Assembly: GCA_963707865.1 (NCBI GenBank)
Contig: OY970175.1
Span: forward strand, 694,028 to 758,027
Direction: 5' to 3'
DNA: 64,000 nt
From: an uncultured bacterium
GTDB taxonomy: Bacteria; Patescibacteriota; Minisyncoccia; UBA6257; 2-01-FULL-56-20
Of this stretch, positions 56,643-64,000 are shown piece after piece. The notes under the pieces were generated by a model. That model searched no databases. It had not been told where the DNA came from and saw only the letters and a list, made by a program, of their open reading frames with translations. Each line of letters opens with the position of its first letter. Position 1 is the stretch's first letter. The position numbers were made by a program, and so were the translations under genes.

Positions 56643-56918
56643 ATGCCAATTACCACATCTGCAAAAAAGGCTCTGCGCCAGAACCGAACGCGGCACGCAA
56701 AAAACCTCCTGAAAAAGGAGGCCTATAAAAAGGCAGTGACAAACTACCGCAAATTGGTTGCCGCAAAAAAGATGGACGAAGCGCAGAAAACGCTCTCGTC
56801 CGTATTTAAGATGCTCGATAAGGCAGCGAAAACGAAGGTGATCGAGAAGAACAAGGCGAACCGTTTGAAGTCCCGCCTTGCTCAACTGAGCGCGAGATCC
56901 AGCAAAACCTCTTCGTAG
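56643..56918 (+). CDS. rpsT: 30S ribosomal protein S20
   Basis: MPITTSAKKALRQNRTRHAKN... is the classic S20. Confidence 0.85.
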   Translation: MPITTSAKKALRQNRTRHAKNLLKKEAYKKAVTNYRKLVAAKKMDEAQKTLSSVFKMLDKAAKTKVIEKNKANRLKSRLAQLSARSSKTSS

Positions 56919-57691
56919 TCCAACTTCCCGGATTTCACCGCAAGGTCGTATGCTGCCATGCGCGGGATCTTTTCGCCGGCCTGTGCGGCAAGGATATTGA
57001 ATATCTTCGGCGGCGGATCGTTTATGGCAAACAATTTTTCAAGCGCTAAGAGGCGGGTCCGCGCATCGTAGCTCTTCATGCCGTTCACGAGCGCCCAATA
57101 ATTCGGCGCGGCTTCAAGATCAAGCGCGTCCAGGTCCTTTTTCTCAATGGTATCCCCGCGCCCGGAAAGTGCTTTGAGAGCGCCCAGTTTTTGAAGTTCG
57201 GTGACAAGCGCCCACGAGTTCCCGTCGTAAATTGTTCCAAGAAATGCCGCGGCGGCGTCACTTATATTCAGACCAATCTTCTCCGCCTCTGATTTTATGA
57301 AAGCATGCCACGCAGATCCCTCAAGATTTTCAAATTTCTGCGCGAGCGACGGCTTTGCGAGTAGGAACGCGAACGCTTTTATGGGTTTATCTTTTTCCGA
57401 AACGAGGGCGGTAACGCTTTTCTCTGCGACAAGCGGCTTCAGCAATGTTGCGGCGGCGTCCCCGCCAAGCTCAAAAACGTTTTCCAAAACGGCGAGCTTG
57501 GCATTCGCAAAGATGGGTTGGCTCCGCACGAATTCAGAAAGGTCGTCAAGGGTTTTCTCTGCCGCAAGATCAAAAAAGCCGAGCCCGAGCGCGGAATGTT
57601 TTTTTCTGAACTCTGCAACAATCTCTTTTTTCTTTTGGAGCCGGCGGTAGTCGTCAGACCCGTAGAGAAATATGATCATGGTCGGCGCCAA
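56882..57691 (-). CDS. holA: DNA polymerase III delta subunit-like (HolA)
   Basis: N-terminus IIFLYGSDDYRRLQKKKEI (delta N-domain). 269 aa. The assignment is family-level only. Confidence 0.6.
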   Translation of the reverse strand: MAPTMIIFLYGSDDYRRLQKKKEIVAEFRKKHSALGLGFFDLAAEKTLDDLSEFVRSQPIFANAKLAVLENVFELGGDAAATLLKPLVAEKSVTALVSEKDKPIKAFAFLLAKPSLAQKFENLEGSAWHAFIKSEAEKIGLNISDAAAAFLGTIYDGNSWALVTELQKLGALKALSGRGDTIEKKDLDALDLEAAPNYWALVNGMKSYDARTRLLALEKLFAINDPPPKIFNILAAQAGEKIPRMAAYDLAVKSGKLDYEEVLLDLALS

Positions 57692-57692
57692 C

Positions 57693-59366
57693 TCAAAGTT
57701 TTCCTTCTTTGATCTTTCGTTTCGCGGCGGCCTTCATGAACTCGCGGAATAAGGGATGCGGGTCAAGCGGCCGTGATTTGAGTTCGGGGTGGAATTGCGA
57801 GCCCATGAAGAACGGATGCTTCTCACGAGGCAGCTCCATCACCTCCATCAGACGCCGGTCGGGCGACTGGCCCGAAAACACCATCCCCTTGTGTTCCAAC
57901 CGTTTGATAAAGACAGGGTTCACTTCATAGCGGTGGCGGTGCCGCTCGGAGATCTTTGCCTTGCCGTAAGCCGCCTCCGCAATCGTGCCTTTTGTGAGCA
58001 CCGCCGGATAGGCGCCCAACCGCATCGTACCGCCATATTTTTTCTCTTCCATAATCCTCTTTTGCTCCGGCAAAATATCAATCACGGGATATTTCGTGCG
58101 GGGATCTATCTCTGTTGTATTCGCACCGTGGAGCTTCAAAACATCGCGCGCGAACTCCACGACCGCAAGCTGCATACCGTAGCAAAGCCCTAAATAGGGA
58201 ATCTTGTTTTCGCGGCAGTAGCGGATTGCGGCCAGTTTCCCTTCAATGCCGCGGCTTCCGAAGCCGCCAGGGACGATAATACCGCCATATCCATCAAGCT
58301 TCTGGAGCGCCCGTTTACCTTTCTCAAATTGCTCCGACTCCAACCATTCAATGACCGGCTTTACCTTCCAATGCGCCGCAGAATGCTTGATTGCCTCAAT
58401 GACCGAGATATACGAATCGGTAAGGATGAACTTGCCACTTGAAAAATATTTTCCCACAATGCTGATTTTGACCGGCTGCTTCGCCGCATGGATACGTGCC
58501 GAAAGCCGCCGCCAATCGTGCAGGTCGTGTTTTCGCATCCGCAATCCAAGTTTTTTAAGAATAAGATCGCCCAGATGATCCCTTTCAAAATTAACCGGTA
58601 CGTCATACAAACTCGCAACATCCGGCGCGGATATCACATCCCCTTTTGAAGCCAGCCCGCATACGAAGGCGATCTTTTCCTTTCTTTTCTCGTCCAGAGG
58701 AATTGTCGCACGCCCCATAATAAGATCCGCCTGCAAACCGGCGCTGTTCAAGGTCCGAGCGGCATATTGGGTAGGCTTTGTTTTCAGTTCCGTGCCGCCG
58801 GCGCCAAGCGACGGAACGTGACTCACGAGCACAAGGAGGACATCGTGCGGCTGCTTCACTTTCAAAATCCTGATCGCTTCAAGGAAAAGGATGTTTTGAT
58901 ATTCTCCCGCGGTCCCCCCCACCTCAACAACAACGACGTCAGCCTTGTTGCTCCGCACTGCATTATTGATGCGGCGAATGACTTCGAGGGGGATATCTGG
59001 TACCACCTCCACGCACCTGCCGCCGTACCCCATGCTCCGTTCGCGGTTAATTACTGCCTGGTATACACTCCCCGTCGTCATGTAGCTTGCGCCTGTCAAG
59101 TCACGGTTAAGGAATCTTTCATAGTTCCCCATATCCTGGTCACACTCGGTGCCGTCATCCAAAACAAAAACCTCACCGTGCTCGGTGGGGTTCATGGTGC
59201 CTGCGTCAACATTCACATAAGGGTCAATTTTCACGGAGGTCACCTCAAGGCCGCGCGACTGCAAAATCTTTCCGATGGATGCCGAAGCGACGCCCTTGCC
59301 AACCCCCGACATTACGCCCCCTACCACAAAAACATATTTTGCGTCCCGCATGTTTTGATTGTGCAC
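57693..59366 (-). CDS. pyrG: CTP synthase
   Basis: N-terminal synthetase domain YVFVVGGVMSGVGKG and a C-terminal GATase with Cys in GLCYGMQL. 557 aa. Confidence 0.95.
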   Translation of the reverse strand: MHNQNMRDAKYVFVVGGVMSGVGKGVASASIGKILQSRGLEVTSVKIDPYVNVDAGTMNPTEHGEVFVLDDGTECDQDMGNYERFLNRDLTGASYMTTGSVYQAVINRERSMGYGGRCVEVVPDIPLEVIRRINNAVRSNKADVVVVEVGGTAGEYQNILFLEAIRILKVKQPHDVLLVLVSHVPSLGAGGTELKTKPTQYAARTLNSAGLQADLIMGRATIPLDEKRKEKIAFVCGLASKGDVISAPDVASLYDVPVNFERDHLGDLILKKLGLRMRKHDLHDWRRLSARIHAAKQPVKISIVGKYFSSGKFILTDSYISVIEAIKHSAAHWKVKPVIEWLESEQFEKGKRALQKLDGYGGIIVPGGFGSRGIEGKLAAIRYCRENKIPYLGLCYGMQLAVVEFARDVLKLHGANTTEIDPRTKYPVIDILPEQKRIMEEKKYGGTMRLGAYPAVLTKGTIAEAAYGKAKISERHRHRYEVNPVFIKRLEHKGMVFSGQSPDRRLMEVMELPREKHPFFMGSQFHPELKSRPLDPHPLFREFMKAAAKRKIKEGKL

Positions 59367-59473
59367 GCTTTCCCGCCACCACGCAAGTGGAACAGAAAGA
59401 CCAACCTCGTAGAAATTGGAATTAGTTGCGATTGTTGGGATTCATCATGAAAATGGGCGCACTTAGTTCCCGT

Positions 59474-59634
59474 GGGCAGCACTGGCAGGGAGGTTTACGG
59501 CGGATCGCGCAGGCCCGCTCAGCTTGGTCCGAAAACTTTTGCGTGTTTTCGGTAAGCGGGCCGAGCGGCAAGAAAAAATTGCCGCTGGAGCAATTTTATT
59601 CTGGTTCCGTAAACCTCCCTGTCAGTGCTGCCCC
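59474..59634. promoter_or_regulatory. Large structured element between the HK stop and pyrG start (27-bp outer stem enclosing ~106 nt with internal hairpins)
   Basis: Outer arms 59474-59500 and 59607-59633 are complementary with one G.T wobble. Inner hairpins are ccgaaaac-ttttgcgt-gttttcgg and copy 2 of the 45-nt motif (59563-59607). Confidence 0.4.
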
Positions 59635-59640
59635 AGAAAA

Positions 59641-61086
59641 TCAGGAGAATTCCTCCGGGCCCATCTCGCGCTGGGGTACCAAACTCGGATCGGTGGGTAA
59701 CGTAAAATGCACCGTCGTGCCGCGGTTGAGCTCCGATTCAACCCAAATTTCGCCACCGTGCGCCGTCACGATGTTTTTTGCGATATAAAGACCAAGACCG
59801 GATCCCTCCGTTTGCAATTTTACGGCGTTGTCCGCCCGATAGAACTTGGTGAACAACCTCCCCACTGCCTCGGGAGGAATACCGATGCCGGTATCCTTCA
59901 CGCTAACCTCAAGGAACGGCCTCGCGGGTACGGCGTCCACCTTCATAATTACCTCGCCGTTTTCCACATTGTACCGGATGGCATTTTCCAAAATATTTAC
60001 GACAGCAAGCGTAAGGTGCCCCTCGTCTATCATGACGCGGGGCAAATTCCCCGACGGCCGGTCAAAATACAGTTTCGTGCCTGCCTTCCGGGCAGCAGGC
60101 AAAACGTCCGCCAAAATCTTCCCGAGGAACTCCACAACGTCCGTCTCGAGAAACGTATAGCCGAATCGCCCCTCTTCCATTTTCGCGATGTTGAGCAGGT
60201 TTTCTATTCTGCGCAAGAGCCCTTGACTCGCAGCAAGAGCGCCATCCACGATAATCTTATTGGTCTCGGTAAGTTCCGCCGCATGCACAAGGGATTGGAG
60301 CGCCCAATTGATGTCGGTGACGGGGCCGCGGAGCTGATGGGACGCAATCGTCACAAACTCGCCCCGCGAGCGTATGGCCGCAATTTGCGTGGTACGGTCA
60401 CGGACGATTTTCATAAACCCGAACGGTAGCCCGTTTTCGTCATTGATCGGCGCCGTCGTCACGCGGAACTCAAACTGCGGATCTGTAAACGATACATCAA
60501 CCACCTGTGGATACGCCCCCTCAACTGAACGCACAATGACGCGCGGAGCGAGCGAAGGAAAAATAATCTGAATAAACGTGCGCCACTCGGGCCGCTCAAC
60601 GTCCTGTGGCGTAAGCACGTGCCCCAAAATGGCGTCTGCGGGAATCTCAAAAAGGCGCTCGGCGGCCGGATTGAAAAAATTCACCCTGAAGCCCTTGTCA
60701 TAAACAATAAGGGCGTCGTCTATGCTTGCGAGCATGCTTTTAAGCTCGCTCCGCTCAACTTTCGTATCCCAGTTGACCGCCGCCGCTTGGTACGCCGCGG
60801 TGACCGCAAGTGCAAGTACCACGAGCAACAACCCACCTTTCGCATACACAAAAAAGCCGCTCGGCATGGTAACAATGTCAAGCGCGAACGCCGCGGCGAT
60901 GACCGCGAACAAAATCCAAGCTACGTGGAACTCCTGCCGCGCTATGATACTTTTGAGTTTTGAAAGCCCTTTGCCCAAGTTCCTTTTATTGTACATCAAA
61001 AATCGTTCCTTGATTACCCCTCGTCCGTTTCGCAGTTTTTGCCGCCTTCGCAACGGTCGGCGCGTCCATGCCTCCGAGCCGCACAA
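59641..61086 (-). CDS. Sensor histidine kinase (TM + PAS + HisKA + HATPase_c)
   Basis: The likely start is MYNKRNLGK at 60996. H-box ...IASHQLRGPVTDI... N/G1/G2 boxes are present (...NAIRYN..., DTGIGIP, GSGLGL). Confidence 0.8.
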   Translation of the reverse strand: MCGSEAWTRRPLRRRQKLRNGRGVIKERFLMYNKRNLGKGLSKLKSIIARQEFHVAWILFAVIAAAFALDIVTMPSGFFVYAKGGLLLVVLALAVTAAYQAAAVNWDTKVERSELKSMLASIDDALIVYDKGFRVNFFNPAAERLFEIPADAILGHVLTPQDVERPEWRTFIQIIFPSLAPRVIVRSVEGAYPQVVDVSFTDPQFEFRVTTAPINDENGLPFGFMKIVRDRTTQIAAIRSRGEFVTIASHQLRGPVTDINWALQSLVHAAELTETNKIIVDGALAASQGLLRRIENLLNIAKMEEGRFGYTFLETDVVEFLGKILADVLPAARKAGTKLYFDRPSGNLPRVMIDEGHLTLAVVNILENAIRYNVENGEVIMKVDAVPARPFLEVSVKDTGIGIPPEAVGRLFTKFYRADNAVKLQTEGSGLGLYIAKNIVTAHGGEIWVESELNRGTTVHFTLPTDPSLVPQREMGPEEFS

Positions 61087-61927
61087 GAAGCGTCGCGAAC
61101 TTCATTACCTCAAAGTACGCTCTCACATCGGGCGGCTCCTTTTTTGTGGCGAGCGTTGCAAGCGCGGGTGCTTGCAACGGCACATGACGCTCAAGCGTGA
61201 CGAGCCGTTCCGAAAGCTCCGCATCTTTTTTGTGCGCGCCTAACTTATTCCCCAATATTGAATCGTTCGCGAGGTGCGCATATATATTCTTCACGCTCCC
61301 GAACTTTTGGATGAGCTCCGTGGCCGTCTTCGGTCCCACGCCTGGCACACCCTTCACGTTGTCCGATGGATCGCCCACAAGCGCTTTGTAATCAATAAGC
61401 TGTGCGGGCGCGAGACCGTACTTCTCACGTACCGCTCTTTCGTCGTAGACCGTCGTGTCGCTTATACCTTTATTGAACGTCCTCACCACGATTTTTTCCT
61501 CCTCCACAAGTTGGAGCGTGTCACGATCGCCGGTCAAGATCACGATCTGCACATCGTTCTCTTTCTTAAAATGTTCGGCAAAAGTAGCAATAAGATCGTC
61601 CGCCTCAAACCCCGGCTCCTCAAACGTCGATATCCCGAACGCGCCGAAAAGTTTGTGCGCTTCAATAATTTGAGAAATAAGAGCGTCGGGCGCAGGCGGA
61701 CGCTGCGCTTTGTATTCCGCATACATTTTGTCGCGAAAGGTCGGCTCCGGCCTGTCAAACAACGCCGCCGCGCAATCCGGCCTCTCCTCGCACCACAACT
61801 TCAATAAGATGCTTGCAACGCCGTAGATCGCGCCGGTCGGCTCGCCCTTCGGCCCCGTAAACGGCGGCAACGCGTGGAACGAGCGGTGGATAAGGGAGTT
61901 CGCGTCAATAAGAAGAAGTTTTTTCAT
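60986..61927 (-). CDS. 5'-3' exonuclease (Pol I N-terminal domain-like / FEN family)
   Basis: MKKLLLIDANSLIHRSFHALPP...GIGPKTA..., that is PIN-like 5'-3' exonuclease plus H3TH. There is no polymerase domain. Confidence 0.8.
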   Translation of the reverse strand: MKKLLLIDANSLIHRSFHALPPFTGPKGEPTGAIYGVASILLKLWCEERPDCAAALFDRPEPTFRDKMYAEYKAQRPPAPDALISQIIEAHKLFGAFGISTFEEPGFEADDLIATFAEHFKKENDVQIVILTGDRDTLQLVEEEKIVVRTFNKGISDTTVYDERAVREKYGLAPAQLIDYKALVGDPSDNVKGVPGVGPKTATELIQKFGSVKNIYAHLANDSILGNKLGAHKKDAELSERLVTLERHVPLQAPALATLATKKEPPDVRAYFEVMKFATLLVRLGGMDAPTVAKAAKTAKRTRGNQGTIFDVQ

Positions 61928-62430
61928 GCGTTACTGTTTATCATAATATGCCTTTCGCTTTCGTGCTTCCCGTGCCGGAACGTGAACCAAACAGTGCTCT
62001 TAGGCAAAATATTTTTTACGCGCTCTGCCCATTCAATGAGCACGATGTTGCGCGGGTTCGCGAGAATTTCTTTAAAGCCGATCACCGCAAAATGCTTTGC
62101 CCCTTTCAACCGGTAGGCATCCGCATGAAATATATTCGCAAATCCTTTCTGCGCCCGTGGACCTGCTGAACATACTCGCGCGCGCGGCAACGCATAGCGC
62201 CGCATAATAACAAAGGTCGGGCTTGACGCGCGCCTCTTCATACCGAGCCCTTTAAAAAATCCCTGCGCGAAAGTTGTCTTCCCGGCACCGAGATCACCTT
62301 TGAGCGCAAAGATTGCGGCACTTTTCCTGCGCCCTTTTTCTTTTAATATCTTCTTCGCAAATTCTTCACCGAGCGTTTTCGTCTCTTCTGAAGAAAAGCT
62401 TTGATAGGTCCTCGTTCGCCTTAATAGCAT
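61924..62430 (-). CDS. tsaE: tRNA threonylcarbamoyladenosine biosynthesis protein TsaE
   Basis: P-loop ALKGDLGAGKTTFAQG... 168 aa. The N-terminus overlaps the upstream gene by ~65 nt, so the true start may be internal. Confidence 0.75.
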   Translation of the reverse strand: MLLRRTRTYQSFSSEETKTLGEEFAKKILKEKGRRKSAAIFALKGDLGAGKTTFAQGFFKGLGMKRRASSPTFVIMRRYALPRARVCSAGPRAQKGFANIFHADAYRLKGAKHFAVIGFKEILANPRNIVLIEWAERVKNILPKSTVWFTFRHGKHESERHIMINSNA

Positions 62431-62938
62431 AGATGATAAGTCCTGCGAGCAACACCGCAGTCCCCACCATTATCGTAGAAAATTCGGCGTTTGTGAATCC
62501 GCGGTTCAACGGTACGGCGGCGGGATAGCTGCGGACCGCAACTGCGCTGCGCGCGGTCGCATTCAGCGCGCCCGGCGTTGGATCTGCAAACGCGAAATGC
62601 TGCGCTGGCCCCTTCGCGTAATCGACGCGGGAGAAGCTTTGCCCTTCCGGCGCGCTGCCGTCAAAATTCCCCTGGTCCGCCAATGCGCCGCTCGCGTCAT
62701 AGAGCGCGAGCCCTCCATCCGTGTTCCGCAGGGACAGCTTCGTTGCGGTTCTTTTTAGCACCAGATAGCCGTGCGCCGAGATGCGTCGCCCCACAAGCGA
62801 AAATTTTTTGCCATTCTCGGTTTTCAAAACCCACCCATTCAAATCCACTGCCGTGCCGCCATTGTTCCAAAGCTCAACCCACTCTCCTGCCGCGTCCGCA
62901 CCTACCGGATTCGGCAACCACTCGTTGAGATAGACCAT
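62366..62938 (-). CDS. Lamin-tail-domain (LTD) protein with C-terminal TM helix
   Basis: The LTD signature is LNEWLPNPVGADAAGEWVELWNNGGTAVDLNGWVL. The C-terminus has a hydrophobic helix IMVGTAVLLAGLIIYAI. Confidence 0.6.
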   Translation of the reverse strand: MVYLNEWLPNPVGADAAGEWVELWNNGGTAVDLNGWVLKTENGKKFSLVGRRISAHGYLVLKRTATKLSLRNTDGGLALYDASGALADQGNFDGSAPEGQSFSRVDYAKGPAQHFAFADPTPGALNATARSAVAVRSYPAAVPLNRGFTNAEFSTIMVGTAVLLAGLIIYAIKANEDLSKLFFRRDENAR

Positions 62939-63012
62939 TAAAAAATCCTAGCGTGCGGGGGATTAAAAACCGCTAAATTCATTTTATGGTATCATCCATA
63001 GAAATCTCGCCT

Positions 63013-63738
63013 ATGATTTCTCTAATCATTCCAACGCTGAACGAGGAAAATGTCCTGGAGAAGACGCTCAGGTCGCTCAAGGACTTCACCGCGTTGGATC
63101 ACGAAATCATTATTTCAGACGGACACAGCACTGATCGCACGGTCTCCATCGCGAAGAAATACGCCGACAAAGTGGTGGAACACGACGGCAGGACGCGACA
63201 AAACATTTCCGAAGGCAGGAATGCCGGCGCGGCAGCGGCCCGGGGTTCTTATTTGGTATTTCTGGATGCGGACGCTCGTATCGGAGGGAATCCGGATACT
63301 TTTTTCAGGGAAATGACCGGATATTTTGAGCGCCACCCGGAAACGGTGGCTCTCACCACAAAGGTAGCGGTGTACCCCGACTCTGCCACAACGACTGACA
63401 AAATAGTGTTTGGCGTCGTGAATCTTGGCCTTCGTTTCAAAAATAATATACTCCACGTGGGCGAATCCACGGGAGAGTTCCAAATGATACGGAAGACTGC
63501 TTTTGATGCTGTCCATGGCTTCCGGGAAGATCTCATTACGCGGGAAGACGCGGATATGTTTTTCCGATTGGCAAAAATCGGGCGAACCGCGGTTTATCCC
63601 CGGCTCACCGTATTCCACTCGGGACGGCGGGCACACAACATCGGCTGGCCACGGTTGCTCTGGATTTGGACAATAAACACGATCTGGGTCACGTTTTTTA
63701 ACCGCGCCCTAAGCAGAGAGTGGACAGTTATTCGCTGA
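63013..63738 (+). CDS. Glycosyltransferase family 2
   Basis: MISLIIPTLNEENVLEKTLRSL...ISDGHSTDRT... is the GT2 signature. A DAD motif is present (FLDADA). Confidence 0.75.
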   Translation: MISLIIPTLNEENVLEKTLRSLKDFTALDHEIIISDGHSTDRTVSIAKKYADKVVEHDGRTRQNISEGRNAGAAAARGSYLVFLDADARIGGNPDTFFREMTGYFERHPETVALTTKVAVYPDSATTTDKIVFGVVNLGLRFKNNILHVGESTGEFQMIRKTAFDAVHGFREDLITREDADMFFRLAKIGRTAVYPRLTVFHSGRRAHNIGWPRLLWIWTINTIWVTFFNRALSREWTVIR

Positions 63739-64000
63739 CTAAGTAATATCTCCCTCAGCACCACCAACACCACCAGGGCCTTTTTGGCCGTTCGGCAAGG
63801 TGGGCATGGAACTGTGCTTTAGCGGTTTCGTAACATAGCTGCAGCTCGCGGAGGTGTCGAGGGGTCGGCTGCGTCACCGCCCGCACCGCAGCTTGCCACG
63901 CCTCCCAGCTTTTTATAGTTCCCGCGCCCGCAGGAGAAGGAACCAAGGGCATGGTGAGCTCGCGCTCGTCAAACAAACCAAACTTCTGATCCATCCCTAA

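Noticed and set aside
1-64000. CRISPR arrays and rRNA genes
   Set aside because: No short regularly spaced direct repeats and no rRNA-like conserved stretches were seen anywhere in the window.

Overview
This 64 kb window reads as a bacterial chromosome segment with mostly compact, small genes. Recognisable housekeeping genes are rny, gpmI, secG, rnj, trpS, ileS, argS, smpB, the infC-rpmI-rplT cluster, polX, pyrG, ruvA, rpsT, holA-like and tsaE. PolX, a type-2/eukaryote-like IleRS, a LAGLIDADG endonuclease and a glycan cluster are reminiscent of small-genome CPR/Patescibacteria-type bacteria, but that cannot be proven from sequence alone. The ORF track is used as given. Positions I derived by hand (RNAs, repeats, motifs) may be off by 1-2 nt.

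Layout, left to right:
- 1-13.2 kb: a minus-strand surface-glycan cluster. It holds GT4/GT2 glycosyltransferases, RmlC and RmlD-like enzymes, extended-SDR epimerase/dehydratases, a sugar C-methyltransferase, an FkbM methyltransferase and an O-antigen-ligase-like protein. One gene in it is split by a G8/C8 homopolymer.
- 13.2-18.8 kb: rny, gpmI, a DUF360 membrane protein, secG and an ABC substrate-binding protein.
- 18.85-21.43 kb: a low-GC islet carrying an Asp/Glu racemase, a peptidase E and a double-motif LAGLIDADG homing endonuclease. The endonuclease gene stops 1 nt before an intact tRNA-Leu(CAG).
- 21.6-33 kb: rnj, trpS, an ileS carrying an in-frame ~215-aa histidine-phosphatase-fold insertion, argS, smpB and maf.
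- 33-35.5 kb: an IS481-family transposase translationally coupled to a passenger gene. It sits ~150 bp downstream of a tmRNA (ssrA) gene that no ORF annotation would show.
- 36.4-43.5 kb: infC (non-AUG start), rpmI, rplT, a Nudix hydrolase, polX, a membrane-anchored Clp/Hsp100-like ATPase with a degenerate first ATPase domain, and a family-4 UDG.
- 44.2-51.25 kb, the most unusual part: an integrative defence island abutting tRNA-Arg(CCG). It contains a large serine recombinase whose 3' end overlaps the tRNA 3' end, an XRE regulator and a Zn-ribbon protein of unknown function. It also carries a type II R-M pair (SPPY methyltransferase plus MvaI/BcnI-like endonuclease) and a DUF262 GmrSD-like protein. 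Two nested perfect inverted-repeat pairs (285 bp and 171 bp) organise the island. One is an inverted copy of the tRNA-Arg 3' tip plus the recombinase 3' end.
- 51.3-64 kb: a permease, LOG-like and beta-CASP proteins, a Mur ligase, ruvA, rpsT, holA, pyrG (with a large structured element upstream that shares a covarying 45-nt hairpin motif with the island boundary), a histidine kinase, a 5'-3' exonuclease, tsaE, a lamin-tail-domain protein and a GT2.

No rRNA genes or CRISPR arrays were seen.
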